Source: Podarcis liolepis (lineage: Eukaryota). Taken from it: DNA of 64,000 nucleotides. Position 1 is the stretch's first letter. Each line of letters starts with the position of its first letter. Under the pieces are notes generated by a model, which saw only the letters and a list, made by a program, of their open reading frames with translations, was not told the origin of the DNA and did not search any database. The stretch lies in the NCBI GenBank assembly GCA_965112155.1, contig OZ218098.1. One strand, 5' to 3'. Position numbers and translations under genes: made by a program. Positions 50,701-60,309 of the stretch are shown here, piece by piece.

Positions 50701-50873
50701 AGCTCACAGACCAGTCCCTGCTGTACCTGCGGCGCATCTCTAACGTCACCCTGATAGACCTGCGTGGTTGCAAGCAGATCACCCGCAAGGCCTGTGAGCA
50801 CTTCATCTCAGACCTGTCAATCAACAGCCTCTATTGCCTGTCTGATGAAAAGCTGATCCAGAAAATCAGCTAG
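3303..50873 (+). CDS. KDM2A: KDM2A lysine demethylase 2A (FBXL11/JHDM1A), spliced CDS of 20 exons, 1162 aa
   Basis: Exon lengths 42,139,79,47,179,107,94,154,116,127,398,84,267,132,90,713,164,159,216,182 sum to 3489 nt with consistent phases and GT-AG introns. The translation [14 protein letters not shown]...DEKLIQKIS closely matches vertebrate KDM2A as I recall it. Fe ligands H212/D214/H284 are intact. Confidence 0.97.
4560..5890 (+). mobile_element. degenerate L2/CR1-clade LINE RT remnant, interrupted by an antisense L2 3' fragment (~4900-5340)
   Basis: Decayed LDLSAAFD-like (cttgatctcagcagcttttgat) and FNI.KPLG-like motifs with stops and frameshifts. Boundaries approximate. Confidence 0.55.
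7350..7567. mobile_element. Tigger/mariner-type MITE
   Basis: TIR CAGTGGTACCTCG / CGAGGTACCACTG, TA TSD. Confidence 0.85.
8694..8971. mobile_element. hAT-type MITE
   Basis: TIR CAGGGATGTCTAAC / GTTGGACGTCCCTG. The 8-bp TSD CTGTATAG sits at 8686 and, displaced by the RTE insertion, at 10012. Confidence 0.75.
8978..10005 (-). mobile_element. 5'-truncated RTE-clade LINE (C-terminal half of RT, C-terminal Zn-finger motif, (GAA)n tail)
   Basis: Minus-strand ELQYADD (YADD at 9977-9988), [33 protein letters not shown]. Few disabling changes. GAA tail at 8978-8990. Confidence 0.9.
10142..10333 (+). mobile_element. Sauria SINE, 3' part
   Basis: gtagataaataggtacc...ctggccacgtgacccggaag...gagatgagc body with ACCTTTACCTTT tail. 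Confidence 0.85.
11641..11765 (+). repeat. compound (TAT)n(TGT)n microsatellite grown from a LINE-like 3' tail
   Basis: gatgggcggggtataaataa followed by a long TAT run then a TGT run. Confidence 0.85.
13372..13632. mobile_element. Tigger/mariner-type MITE
   Basis: Imperfect TIRs CAGTGGACGCTCGGGTT / AACCCGAGGTATGACTG, TA TSD, CpG-rich interior. Confidence 0.75.
13655..13720 (+). mobile_element. CR1 LINE 3' end fragment
   Basis: ggattggactag...cttccagccct...ATTCTATG terminal octamer. Confidence 0.6.
15740..15917 (+). mobile_element. tRNA-derived MIR/CORE-like SINE
   Basis: B-box-like ggtttgaatcc, core ctcagcctaacct...aaaatgggg, A-rich tail. Confidence 0.6.
16164..16380. mobile_element. Tigger/mariner-type MITE
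   Basis: TIR CAGTGGTACCT / AGGTACCACTG, TA TSD; same TIR as the 7350 element. Confidence 0.85.
17065..17144. mobile_element. 80-bp mariner-derived palindromic MITE (Made1-like architecture)
   Basis: 30-bp TIRs starting CAGGGTGAGTC (2 mismatches), 20-bp spacer, TA on both sides. Confidence 0.8.
17817..17955 (+). CDS. KDM2A: coding exon 2 ([12 protein letters not shown]...FMEGK)
   Basis: ccacag| acceptor, G|gtaagc donor, 139 nt. Confidence 0.96.
19782..19860 (+). CDS. KDM2A: coding exon 3 ([27 protein letters not shown])
   Basis: gacag| acceptor, AA|gtgagt donor, 79 nt. Confidence 0.96.
20853..21337. mobile_element. hAT-type MITE
   Basis: TIR core GGTTTTCAACC / GGTTGAAAACC; 8-bp TSD ACCTAAGC / ACTTAAGC. 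Confidence 0.8.
22539..22585 (+). CDS. KDM2A: coding exon 4 ([15 protein letters not shown])
   Basis: ttttacag| acceptor, G|gtaatt donor, 47 nt. Confidence 0.95.
22882..23060 (+). CDS. KDM2A: coding exon 5 ([11 protein letters not shown]...QRPNT)
   Basis: gatag| acceptor, ACA|gtaagc donor, 179 nt. Confidence 0.96.
24590..25410 (-). mobile_element. degenerate L2/CR1-clade LINE endonuclease region
   Basis: Minus-strand VVLGDFNIH and GHALDLVF motifs of an APE-type endonuclease (ORF 24926-25111). Boundaries approximate. Confidence 0.75.
25440..25615 (-). mobile_element. tRNA-derived SINE remnant
   Basis: Reverse strand begins gtagttcagtggtagagcatctgcttggc (A-box-like) and ends in ttctatgttccta. 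Confidence 0.55.
26310..26416 (+). CDS. KDM2A: coding exon 6 ([17 protein letters not shown]...PKVQK), JmjC
   Basis: tttcag| acceptor, AA|gtaagt donor, 107 nt. Confidence 0.96.
26944..27037 (+). CDS. KDM2A: coding exon 7 ([19 protein letters not shown]...GGK), JmjC HxD
   Basis: H212 at 26984-26986 and D214 at 26990-26992; canonical splice sites; 94 nt. Confidence 0.97.
29638..29791 (+). CDS. KDM2A: coding exon 8 (VFWLIPPT...FVIPS), JmjC
   Basis: ttgtag| acceptor, G|gtaggg donor, 154 nt. Confidence 0.96.
30267..30382 (+). CDS. KDM2A: coding exon 9 (GWIHAVYTP...EDRTR), JmjC H284
   Basis: atcag| acceptor, CGG|gtaagc donor, 116 nt. Confidence 0.96.
31795..31921 (+). CDS. KDM2A: coding exon 10 ([16 protein letters not shown]...SLSM)
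   Basis: gacag| acceptor, G|gtaaga donor, 127 nt. Confidence 0.96.
32421..32818 (+). CDS. KDM2A: coding exon 11 (DMELCGLES...LIADVK)
   Basis: tacag| acceptor, AAG|gtatgt donor, 398 nt. Confidence 0.96.
33536..34476. mobile_element. Tc1/mariner-type non-autonomous element with internal minisatellite
   Basis: TIR CCGTATTTTGCGCCCCATAGGACGC / GCGTCCTATAGGGCGAAAAATACGG, TA TSD. Confidence 0.85.
33732..34360. repeat. GC-rich 89-bp tandem repeat, 7 units plus a partial, each internally palindromic
   Basis: Unit starts at 33732, 33821, 33910, 33999, 34083, 34172, 34261 and 34350. Confidence 0.95.
35366..35535 (-). mobile_element. CR1 LINE 3' end
   Basis: Reverse complement of the CR1 terminal region, similar to 54820-54965. 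Confidence 0.75.
36090..37170 (+). promoter_or_regulatory. KDM2A: intronic CpG-island promoter for the short (JmjC-less) KDM2A isoform
   Basis: Non-repetitive CpG-rich block with TATAAA 36379, CCAAT 36425, NF-Y-type GACCAATCAG 36479 and G-rich boxes. It lies in the intron where mammalian KDM2A-SF is known to initiate. Confidence 0.8.
36530..36905 (+). other. KDM2A: putative alternative first exon (exon 1b); 5' end approximate
   Basis: Donor CGCAAG|gtcagg at 36905/36906, in phase with the exon at 38952. The 3' part resembles my recollection of the human alternative first exon. Confidence 0.65.
38952..39035 (+). CDS. KDM2A: coding exon 12 ([12 protein letters not shown]...KRDK)
   Basis: ctatag| acceptor, AAG|gtaaat donor, 84 nt. 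Confidence 0.96.
39535..39801 (+). CDS. KDM2A: coding exon 13, CXXC zinc finger (RCRKCKAC...KFGGPG...QCLA); internal Met544 at 39598
   Basis: gacag| acceptor, GCG|gtgagt donor, 267 nt. Confidence 0.97.
40084..40215 (+). CDS. KDM2A: coding exon 14, PHD finger N-terminal part
   Basis: [12 protein letters not shown]...HPGCLQ; canonical sites; 132 nt. Confidence 0.96.
40306..40395 (+). CDS. KDM2A: coding exon 15, PHD finger C-terminal part
   Basis: [20 protein letters not shown]...GQ; 90 nt after a 90-nt intron. Confidence 0.96.
42002..42507. mobile_element. mariner-type MITE with a second MITE (42218-42490) nested inside
   Basis: Outer TIR CTGTATTTTTCCAT / ATGGAAAAATACGG; inner TIR CTGTATTGGCCCGAATATA / TATATTCAGGCCAATATGG. 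Confidence 0.75.
44428..45140 (+). CDS. KDM2A: coding exon 16 (KRKMDDG...acidic tract...F-box to KTWYK)
   Basis: ttgcag| acceptor, TG|gtaagt donor, 713 nt. Confidence 0.96.
47533..47696 (+). CDS. KDM2A: coding exon 17 ([12 protein letters not shown]...NRLP), F-box end / LRR
   Basis: attag| acceptor, G|gtttgt donor, 164 nt. Confidence 0.95.
47985..48244. mobile_element. hAT-type MITE, same family as 8694-8971 in opposite orientation
   Basis: Shared ccaactcccaaga.actgcgatctactc sequence; TSD TTCTGTTG / TTCTATTG. Confidence 0.8.
48573..48761. mobile_element. hAT-type MITE
   Basis: TIR CAGAGCTTTCCAAACT / AGTTTGGAAGCTCTG; TSD only partly preserved. Confidence 0.7.
48993..49151 (+). CDS. KDM2A: coding exon 18 ([11 protein letters not shown]...DKP), LRR
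   Basis: tacag| acceptor, A|gtatgt donor, 159 nt. Confidence 0.95.
49346..49561 (+). CDS. KDM2A: coding exon 19 ([11 protein letters not shown]...INMA), LRR
   Basis: tacag| acceptor, G|gtttgt donor, 216 nt. Confidence 0.96.
50692..50873 (+). CDS. KDM2A: coding exon 20 (GCNKLTDQ...EKLIQKIS*)
   Basis: ccacag| acceptor, TAG stop at 50871-50873. Confidence 0.97.
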
Positions 50874-53450
50874 AGATTTGCCACACACAGACTGAAGAGA
50901 AGGAAAGATCCCAGACAAACCCCTCTTGGAGAGCAGACCCTTTCCTCCCCTCCCCCGTTTCCCCCACATCCACAGGCAGGGAAGATGCCTGTCTGACTGT
51001 GACTGTAATGTCCCTCCTCTCCTTGGGACTTCTGCAGACCAGAAAATCTCACCAGGCATTTGAGGAAGTGGCGAGATTGCTGGACGGGTGCTCTTGTGGG
51101 GTGCTTGCTCATCAGCTACATGCTCTAACTTGATGTTTTGTAGCAGCATTTTCAAGGGGGACATGTCCCTTTCCTTTCTTCTCAACCCTTCCCCCTCTAC
51201 CATTATATCCCACAAAAAACAACTATACTTACCCATCAGATTGTGGGGGGAGGATCAGACCTGGATGGTGTAGAACAGGTGCACTTTTGCACCCTGTTTC
51301 CCTGCTGTCTTGGTATGCAATTTCTTAATATGTCATTGGGCTTGGGAGTCACTTCTCCTGCCCTTCCACACTCTGCTAAGCTTTCTTTCCTTGCCCTTCA
51401 GCAGCTGAACGGGCAGCAACTGCTCTGGGCTGATTACGCAGAGCAGTATTGTAATGTCTACAGCAGCAGTGCCTCTTGTCTGGTAAGGGACTCTCCATGT
51501 GCCCCCAGGTCAGCCTGCAGGCACCTTCCAACATGAGACTAGAGCGGGGGTGGCTAAGTGTTCATACGGAGGGAACCATGTTCTTGCAGTCAACTTTCCC
51601 AAGAAGGGGAGTTAAGCGAGCATGCTCCTCCTCTGAAAAGATGGCGGCGTTTGTAGAGGGAAAGCTGCAACAGAGCTTGGAGGCTTGGGAGGCACCTAGT
51701 GGGATTTCTTACACCAGCGGAAGTGGTCTCTGTCCCATAGTCTGTGGAAACGAGCATTCTTGGGAGATGCTGGCCGATGAAGAAATGCCTCCATCTTGAG
51801 GTGCATAGCTGTTGGCTCTTGAGCTGGGAGACGGGTCAATGCCCCATTAGCTGCCTCTCTTTCTTTGCAATGAATGGCCGGTCCAAAGAACTTCTCTCTT
51901 GGGCAGCAGAGAGCTTTTTGCACTTTAGAAAGAAAGGTAATATTTTGGAACCCTATTTTATTTCCCCCTGCCCGAGTGACTGGACACTCCTTCCAGCTGT
52001 CTGAGCTTGTCAGGGTTTGAATGCACACTTTGCACTCTGCTCTCTTCCCCATAGCGATAGCACAAATTAGACTGCCCTTCACCCCGCCTCCCCCTCTGAG
52101 CCTCGCATGGCAAAAAAGAGCTCTCCAGTGTCTGCGCAGCAAGGGAAAGGAGGAATCTGGAGGAAAGCCCAATCCACCCTCGCTGCTTCTGAAGCAATAA
52201 GGGAGGGGGAGGAATCCACCCCATAGCTCTCTCAATTGCCCAGCCCGATTGCATTGAATGCTGCGGCACCTGAGCCTCAGGGAAGAGCAGCTTCCCCTGC
52301 ACTGATGGGGGTGGGGGATAAATATCTAGATCTACTGAATCCCAGAGGTTCCCCCTCACTTCCACATGAGGAGCAGGCTTCTTTGCCGAGAGGACAATGC
52401 TAGTGTGATGAGTTCCAGAGTGCCTCAGTACACAGGAGCTTTGCTGCAAATTGAATTTTTCTACAGAAAACGCCCACTGATCTTCTTCTAGAAGTGGAAA
52501 CCTTCTGCCTTGTTGTGTTGGCTCCTGTGGAAAAAAAAATTGTAGAATCAATCTCTTGCTTTTGTTTTCTTTCAAAAGAGGAAGGTGAGAATAGCCATAA
52601 ATAGGAGGTTCAAGTGCATCAGCCCAGATAACTCCCACGGAGATCTCTAGGCTCTGGATATTTTGTGTTTTGTTTTGTTTTTCCAAAGTGGGAGCACCTT
52701 CACAACTCTCCATATGCATTGGTCAGCCGGAGAAGTGCTGAAATGCAGCAAGTTGGCATGTCAGGAGCATTAGTCTGGGAAGAATCTCGTCCTGCGGCAA
52801 GAGGGATAAAACAAGTAGCAGACTGATTGGGTGGGGTATTGGCTTCGCTGTCCTACAGCCTTCTCAAATGTGGCCCTCAAATGACTGTGGCTTAAACTTC
52901 AAAGCAAATTGTGATACTTCAATGCCTAAACTGGCCCCCACCTCAGAGGGCAAGTGATGACATAAAGGAAAGAGAAATTATATATGAAATCACTTAGTGA
53001 TTTAAAACAAAAACATGCTCCCTAAATAAATCTCCCTAAAGAAAGTCACTATTGTCTAAAAGGGTTTGGTTGTTCTTTTGTGTTCTTTTGTTTTTGTTTT
53101 TTTTTTTTGAAGAAATTGTAAATATATATTTTTTGTTGCTAACTTAGAGTCAATCTCCAATGTTGTGCTTTAAAATTAAATGTAAACATTAAGGGTAAAA
53201 GAAACCAAGTCTTGCGCTCTCTCGGTTGACATGTTTAGGGTTGGGGGATATTTGGGGCTAAAGGGAGGGGAGCTAGTTGGGATTTTTTCATTTTCTAATC
53301 ATTTGCCAATATTGGTTTTAGAGAATCTTTCCTCAAACATATTACCACAGGAATGAGAGACAAGTGAAAGGGGGAAGACAAGATACCAGCCTCTGAAGGG
53401 AGACCTTGTTTCATGGGGTGGATTTTGGAATAAAAATTTCAAGAAAAAAC
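50874..53450 (+). other. KDM2A: KDM2A 3'UTR (end inferred)
   Basis: No recognisable transposon until after ~53.5 kb. U-rich tract at 53065-53135, Pumilio motif at 53117, AATAAA at 53025 and 53429. Confidence 0.65.
53429..53434 (+). terminator. candidate polyadenylation signal AATAAA
   Basis: Last canonical hexamer of the UTR-like block. Confidence 0.55.
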
Positions 53451-54819
53451 ATGCGGGTCTGCATATTGATTGCAATGTGAGCTCAAATCCAAGGGCAACT
53501 ACAGTCTGAATGAGAGAACCCAGTGGGTAATTTATCCTCCCTATATATAGGGACTTGTGTATCCCATGCTATTAAAATTTTGTACTCAGGCAATCCAAAT
53601 TCTGTGTCCAGAAAAACTGAATTCTCTTAACTTGCATCAGTTACACAACCTTGTTCATTCTGCATAGCTTTGTAGGTTTTTTTAAAAAAATATAATTATG
53701 CCAATTTAGCTAGACATGGGAGGTGGACATTGAAGTAAACTGGGTACTTGAAGCTCTATTCTCAACCCTTGGAAATATTGCTTTAAGATTTTAGCAAGCA
53801 TTACCCCTACATTTTCAAGCATACCTTAAAAGTCACGAGGACTAGGAAGTTTTCTTTAAAAATGATGCTAAATTCTGCATTGTCTACCATTTTCTGCATG
53901 CCAAGAGTATTGCAGCATATAAACAGCACTGCTTATATCAAATAGAGGAGTGTTTCCAGGACTACCACACAATTCCAGGTCAAAGGACCCATTACTATAG
54001 TTGAAGCCCTTAAGCTTGTTTGGTCTTAGATGGAACATTGTAATGACATTTTGGGCTGTAAGCTCATTGGTAATTTGTAAAAGGTAGTGATATTGTTGCA
54101 CTTCAAGATGGTAATTGAGTTTCAAGATAAGTTTATGAGATAACCAAGGTGTGAAACTTTATTTCCTTGTAGAGCAGAATAACAAAAACTGAGCAAAATA
54201 ACATTGAGATAGAATTCCATTGCAATAGCCGCATGATTCAAACTCCCAACGCCATCTTCCAGGAATCATGTGTTTTGCTATTAGTTTTGCACTCTTTACC
54301 TAGCACATTGGGTTAGCAAATTTGTAAGGCACAGCCACCTCCCAAATACTGATATTCATCCCAATCTTCTGGCATTCTTTTGCATTCACAATTTGTTGCA
54401 TTTTCCTCTCATGCCCAATTAGTACTTTATTTTCTCCAATCCCTTTCCCCGTCAGCTTTTTAATTTTACTGGCTTCTTGCATTGCTCCTACCTGAGATAC
54501 AATGTAATCCTTTCCTAAACGAGAGTATGTTTTTATCATAATTTAATGTAAAAGTAACACATAAATTTCTTATCTGTTTTGTGTGCAAGGTACAGGTGTA
54601 TCAAGGGCATTTAAGTTGGCTGTTCTTGTTAATTAATTCTATTTGTAGACCACCCTGTACCTGTAGATCTCAGGGCTGTTGTGAGGGACTATCCAATTTT
54701 TTTTAAAAAAAAATTATCAGACATTTATTTTTAACAGGCTATAGCATCTATATCTGGCCTTATACTTTCTTAATATTACTAAATATATTGGTACTCTTCA
54801 AACTATATGAATATCAACA

Positions 54820-54965
54820 ATGAGAGGTGGTGGACTCTCCTTCCTTGGAGGTTTTTAAACAGGTTGGGTGGCTATCTGTCATGGATGCTATAGCTGAGAT
54901 TCCTGCATTGCAGGGGGTTAGACTAGATGACCCTTGGATCCCTTCCAACTCCAAGATTCTATGAT
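54820..54965 (+). mobile_element. CR1 LINE 3' end
   Basis: gactctccttccttggaggtttttaaacag...ggactagatgacc-like...cccttccaac...ATTCTATGAT. Confidence 0.8.
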
Positions 54966-57788
54966 AATATCTGAACTATTTATCCAGTCCTTTCTGGCTC
55001 ACATGCTACAACCTGTTGATATAAATGTAACTTCAGGGCACTGTGGCCAAAATTGCTGGACTCAATTTTCAAAACATATTGGAAAAATCGGAAAAGGCTC
55101 GGGAAAATGAGTACTGTAGATACCTGGGGGATAGGGGAAAGATCTCTATATAAGCTGCCCTGGGAACACTGTAGTGTTGAGGATACAGGATAAAGCTGTC
55201 AAATAAAAACAGAAGTTTTCATTCTATGTATTGGCTTCTGATAGGAGCAAGTGCTAATCTAGCAGAAGTATATGACAGCTGCTAGCTGAAAACAAATCAG
55301 GTAAATCTAGTTCATGAAGACAAAAAGTTCATAATAGCAAGGCCAACTCGTTGGAGCCCTTTACTGAATAGCCTTTGGGGCACTTATTGAAGATGCCCTG
55401 ACTTAACAAGTGACTGAGAAAATGCAGCATGAAATATGCTGGCCTATAAGGAAAGCAAAGACCATGTGAGCTCATACTCACAGATCCATAAAAGAGTGTT
55501 AAACATGTCACTTCCTTAGCATATGTATATGAAAGCCATCAAAAGAGTCTTTGTAAGAAATGGAATTAACAAAGTGTCTTCTGCAGGTTGGTTTGCAAGC
55601 TTCTCTTAGGAAATGAGGTATACTTTGTGTGCATTCTGTCAAAAGCCAATGCTGATGGTATATCCTTTATAACTGAAACCGAATGAAATGTTAGAAGGTG
55701 GAAGCAAACCTCAAAGACTGCAGCTGTCATGCAGTGATGCATTTGGACTGTCTTGAGCAGCCCCAGGTTTAATCCCTGGCATCTCCCAATTAAAAGGATC
55801 TCTAGAAGTAAGACATCTGTGTGTGGCCTAGCAGATCCACCACCAGCTCTGGCCTAAATTGACCAGTTTTCCGACTCCATATAAGGCAATATTTTATATG
55901 CACCAGCATCTTTGCTACTTTGAAAACACTGTCTCTCATTGGTTGCACAATTGTCAGATAATAGAGCACAAATAGTCGAGATTAATAGCAAATTAATTTC
56001 CTTTGATTTAAAAAAAATTATATTTCTGTTTGTGAAAATATTAATTTCTCTCTCTTTGGCAGCATTGAAGCTGTGCTTTCTATTGTCCCAGCTCCCCCCA
56101 CCCCAACCACCACCCTTCAAAAGCAAGCATTGGTGTATGTTGCCACCGTTTAACTTGAAGCCTCAAATTTGGGCAATGTTTGTGGCTACAAATTGCTTCC
56201 TCCCACTTGGAGGAAAAGTACCATCTGCTGAGCTTAATTTATAATCTCCATATTTGGGGCCTTTAAACATCTCCCTAGAGTCCAATTTCCTAAATCCATA
56301 CCACCCTCTTCCTCATCATGGATTGATTAAAACCAGAAAATTGCTACTTGAGCCAAGAGCAGCTTTTGGATGTTCTGATACTCTGCAGACAATTTCTTTG
56401 TGTATATCCACAAACCATGAGGTGGGCAAAATATTTTTGATTTAGATTAATTGATGTTTGGGGTCTCGATATCACAAGAGAAGGATATGTACTGTGTACC
56501 TCTTAATCTGTGTTCTTGGTCTGGAAGAAGTTGAGTGTTCTCTGAGGAAGTTTTTCAGGAAAGATCAGATCATAAGATTCACACTTAAATGCCCACAAGG
56601 TTCTAGATTTTGAATTTTGAAGCATCCTGATGTAAAATACAGAAGGCTCCTGCACCCTCGCTCATGGATATGTTTTGGTGTATCTGCAAAATAGCAATGT
56701 ATTTTAAAGACCAACATGAGTACAGTCTTTCATACAAGCAATTCTACACATGTATAGACAACATGTAAGCACAGTCAGTGCAAGAGGTGAACAACCCTGC
56801 AGACGCTGGCACAACCAGGTCACTGGAGGATGAAAAATAAATCCATATACCAGGGGGCTGTGCTTGGCCATTTGTCTCTACATATTTATTTGCAAATGTG
56901 CATCTCCCCTTCAAATATTCATGCTGTTCACCATGTAGTTATTGGTACCAGTTGGCCAGTATTTTCCTGGCCTAATTAGTAAAGCCATAATATCAAAAGT
57001 TGGCCACCCTGTGTGAGCACACCAGGAACATCTTACCGGGGTCAGGTGTAGAATGGTATTGAGGTTCTATATTAAAACAATGTTAATTTGCTCTATTTAC
57101 TTTATTACCTTATTTATGTATTTACTTACTAGTCATTTGTTAGCTTTGTTTTGTTCTTCCACCAAAGTATCCTAAGATGCCTGAATCAAGCCAGTGAGGG
57201 AAAATAATTAAGTCTACAATCCTTTCTACCTGGGAGCATATTCAATGGGACTTACCTCGTGTGTGCATGGCAAATAGCTTGGGATCTAAGTTACTAGATA
57301 GTATAGACATACACCATCTGTTAGATTTCTATCCACATAGATTTACTACTCAAACTTGAACCTTGTTGTAGGTAGCTAAGATAATATTTTAGTTGCTCAA
57401 ACTATAGAGTGAGTTGGTACAAGGCTTTACAGGCAGAGAGGGGATTGTTGCATAATTTTACATTTACAAATGCCCTGCGATGTAACATACATAACATGAG
57501 AAAGCTTGAAATCTGTGGGATGGGGAAAATTAAATTGTGGTGGGGAAAATTAAATAGTGGGAAAAGGGGGCCAGATCTTGAAATGGGCTTTCCAGAGTAT
57601 GTTTGTAGTATTAGTATTGTCTCTTACTTTTCCATAAGGTTGTCAGCTTTGAGTCCCCATTTCTGCAAAAACCATTTTTCAGATGAGGTTTAACCCAATA
57701 TTACTTCTCTAATTGTTACAAAGCAGAGAAAGCCCCTTGGGAGAATTTAGAAAGCCTTCAGCAAAGGCTGTTTTCTGTTGGTCTAAGC

Positions 57789-58504
57789 CAGGGTCAGCAA
57801 ACTACAGTCCGGGGACCGGATACGGCCCACCAGGCTCATAAATCCAGCCCGCGGAACCTGCCGCCCGCTCGGTCAGGCCCTGTGCTGAGCTAAACCAGCA
57901 CAGCATGGCATTTCCTTGAAAAGAAGCTGCAGACGCCTCACCGCATTGGGACTGACTTCCGTGACGCTGGCACGGCTTCAGATTGGCTGCAGGAAGCTCC
58001 TGCAGCCAATCCGAAGCCTCGCCACCCGCATGCTGAGGTAAACCCGGCTCAGCCATGGATGGAGAGCCATGGGCATCATGACGGGCACGTCGTGGGCTTC
58101 AGCCAGAGCTTGGCATGCCTGTTGGCCCCACGCCTGGCGCTCGGCTCAGCACACCTGCTGGTGGCGCACTCAGCAGCCGCGCTGGAACAGCTGGAGGGTG
58201 AGCTGCATGCGCGGCCTGCCTGCCAATCTGGCCTCAAACGATCAGCCGCAGCACATGGTGCACACCACCTGGGTGCTCTGCAGGGAAAGGCTGTGGAGAG
58301 GCTGCTGCTCGTCAACAATGCCAGTGAGCGGGGGGCACCGAAATGCACTCCTGAGCACGTGCAGAGTATGTTCCTCCAGGTCTGGAGGCAGCTGCAGGAC
58401 TGGCTTGCAGGGTATTTATATTTTTCAAAATATAGTCCATCCGTCCCCACAAGGTCTGAGGGACAGTGGACCGGCCCCCTGATGAAAAAGTTTGCTGACC
58501 CCTG
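57789..58504. mobile_element. hAT-type MITE with GC-rich interior
   Basis: TIR CAGGG(G)TCAGCAAACT / AGTTTGCTGACCCCTG; TSD GTCTAAGC / ATCTAAGC. Confidence 0.85.
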
Positions 58505-58573
58505 ATCTAAGCTCATATATCTAACCAGACTAAAGTTCTAATGTGCACTGGAGGCCTGAATATCCTAGCTGCC

Positions 58574-58576
<3 letters not shown>

Positions 58577-58632
<56 letters not shown>
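58577..58632. repeat. (GA)n microsatellite
   Basis: Uninterrupted GA run of about 27 units. Confidence 0.97.
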
Positions 58633-58635
<3 letters not shown>

Positions 58636-60234
58636 CTACCTAGATACAGAGGGATGATTTAAAATGATACCGCATCTATAAAAGCATCCAGGGCAAGAGA
58701 ATTTAAGAAGGACCTCACTGGGATCACACTCCCATGGCCCTCCTTATAAAATGCAGTCTCTGATTCCTGACCTAGAGCCCACTGTCCTAAAGGACTGTTC
58801 TGTTCAGTGAGCTGTAGAAGTTGTTTCATTTTCCTTACTGTCGTGGTGGCTTTCCTCATCCCTTAACCTCCTACAACTTTGCCTTGACTTCTGCTTGCCC
58901 CACCTGTTGATGACTTTAACAGAGGTGCTCTGAAGACAGGGCAGCCCCTCTTCCTGCCGTTGGCTTAGCTGCTGTGATGTCACAAGAAGGCCCCTGGCCT
59001 ACGTATAGTAGAGTCACGGGCCACATTAGAACCTAAACACCAAAGTCTTCCATTATTACTTTGTTCCTGTCGTTGAATTCATCTGTAATTACACTGCAGG
59101 TTTTGAATGGCACTTCATTGGTAAAGATTAATCTGTTATGTGCATGCGCAGAAACACACACATTGAGAGTCTGATAAAGGCTTGAAAACCAGTCATATAC
59201 CTGACTCACCATGGATGGCATGAGTCAAACTTACAGCTCCTGATATTGACTGCTATTTTGTGTTGTAAGAAATTAAATATGAGTTATTACTAGTGGGCTT
59301 CATCTAATAATCTGCGAAACACTTCTGCTTGTGACTAACTTGTGGAATTTGGCTGACCAATCTGGATTTTGACTTGCACATTTTGACTTGAGTGTCAGAG
59401 ACGGGATTGAATTTTGCTGTTTTAATCTGTTGTTGGCTTCCAACTTAACATATGGAAATGGTCACAAAATCTTGGGCATTCGTATTATGTTGATGACTCA
59501 CAAGTTAAACTGAAGCTAAGCAGCAATTTTCCAACCTGAACCCAATAGTCTTTATTGGAACTAAGCCTGAAATCCTGAACCAGCTTGGTTCTAATTTTTA
59601 ATAAGCTGTTTCAAAAGATCTCTATTCTGTGTTTTCTCCATTCCTAGCCCTCCTATGTGGTGTTACAATGTAATAATAAACCACCTAATTCAAGTGATAT
59701 TGAATAGCTATTCTAGGAGGTTCCAGAGGGTTTTTTTTCATCCACAATGCTGCTTTTCAAAAGTGGAAGCTACAGTCACCAAATGTTTTCCTTGCCAAGT
59801 AAGGTCATAGTGATCCCATTAATAAAAGCTGAGTGGAGTGTGTCAAGCCATCTATCCATGCAAACACCCTCAAGCATGCAGGGGACTGAAGGCTTTAAGC
59901 TATCTTCTCTCAAAGAGGTACGTGGTGTTCAACAAGCAGCTGTGTGACTGGGGAGATGGGTTTTTGATCCAGAGAAGGGCGGCTAGCCATTTTCTAGAAA
60001 AAGTCAGAATGGCAGCTTCAGAAATAACCCAATCAAGTTGTCATAAAGATCCTAGTTCTATCTCCCACTGATTTCTCAGTCAAGCTTATCTTCTGCCCCA
60101 CAGAGCTGAAGTGAAGTAACAGTGCACACGTTGTCTGCAGGGCCAAAGTACTGATCCCAAGAAAGGTTGCAGCTTAAAAAGTTGTCCAGTCATTTCCTTA
60201 CCAAGGAACAGTGTTCAAAACCAAAACATTTGTT

Positions 60235-60309
60235 GTTGTTAGTCGTTTAGTAGTGTCCGACTCTTCGTGACCCCATGGACCAGAGCACGCCAGGCACTCC
60301 TGTCTTCCA
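60235..60309 (-). mobile_element. ultra-short BovB-type LINE 3' end
   Basis: gttgttagtcgtttag...tgtccgactcttcgtgaccccatggac; TSD CAAAACATTTGTT on both sides. Confidence 0.85.

Noticed and set aside
51696-52719. 179-aa and 253-aa antisense ORFs in the 3'UTR
   Set aside because: No recognisable protein features; consistent with chance ORFs in UTR sequence.
57802-58516. GC-rich ORFs / apparent CpG island suggesting a downstream gene start
   Set aside because: Entirely within a hAT MITE bounded by TIRs and an 8-bp TSD.
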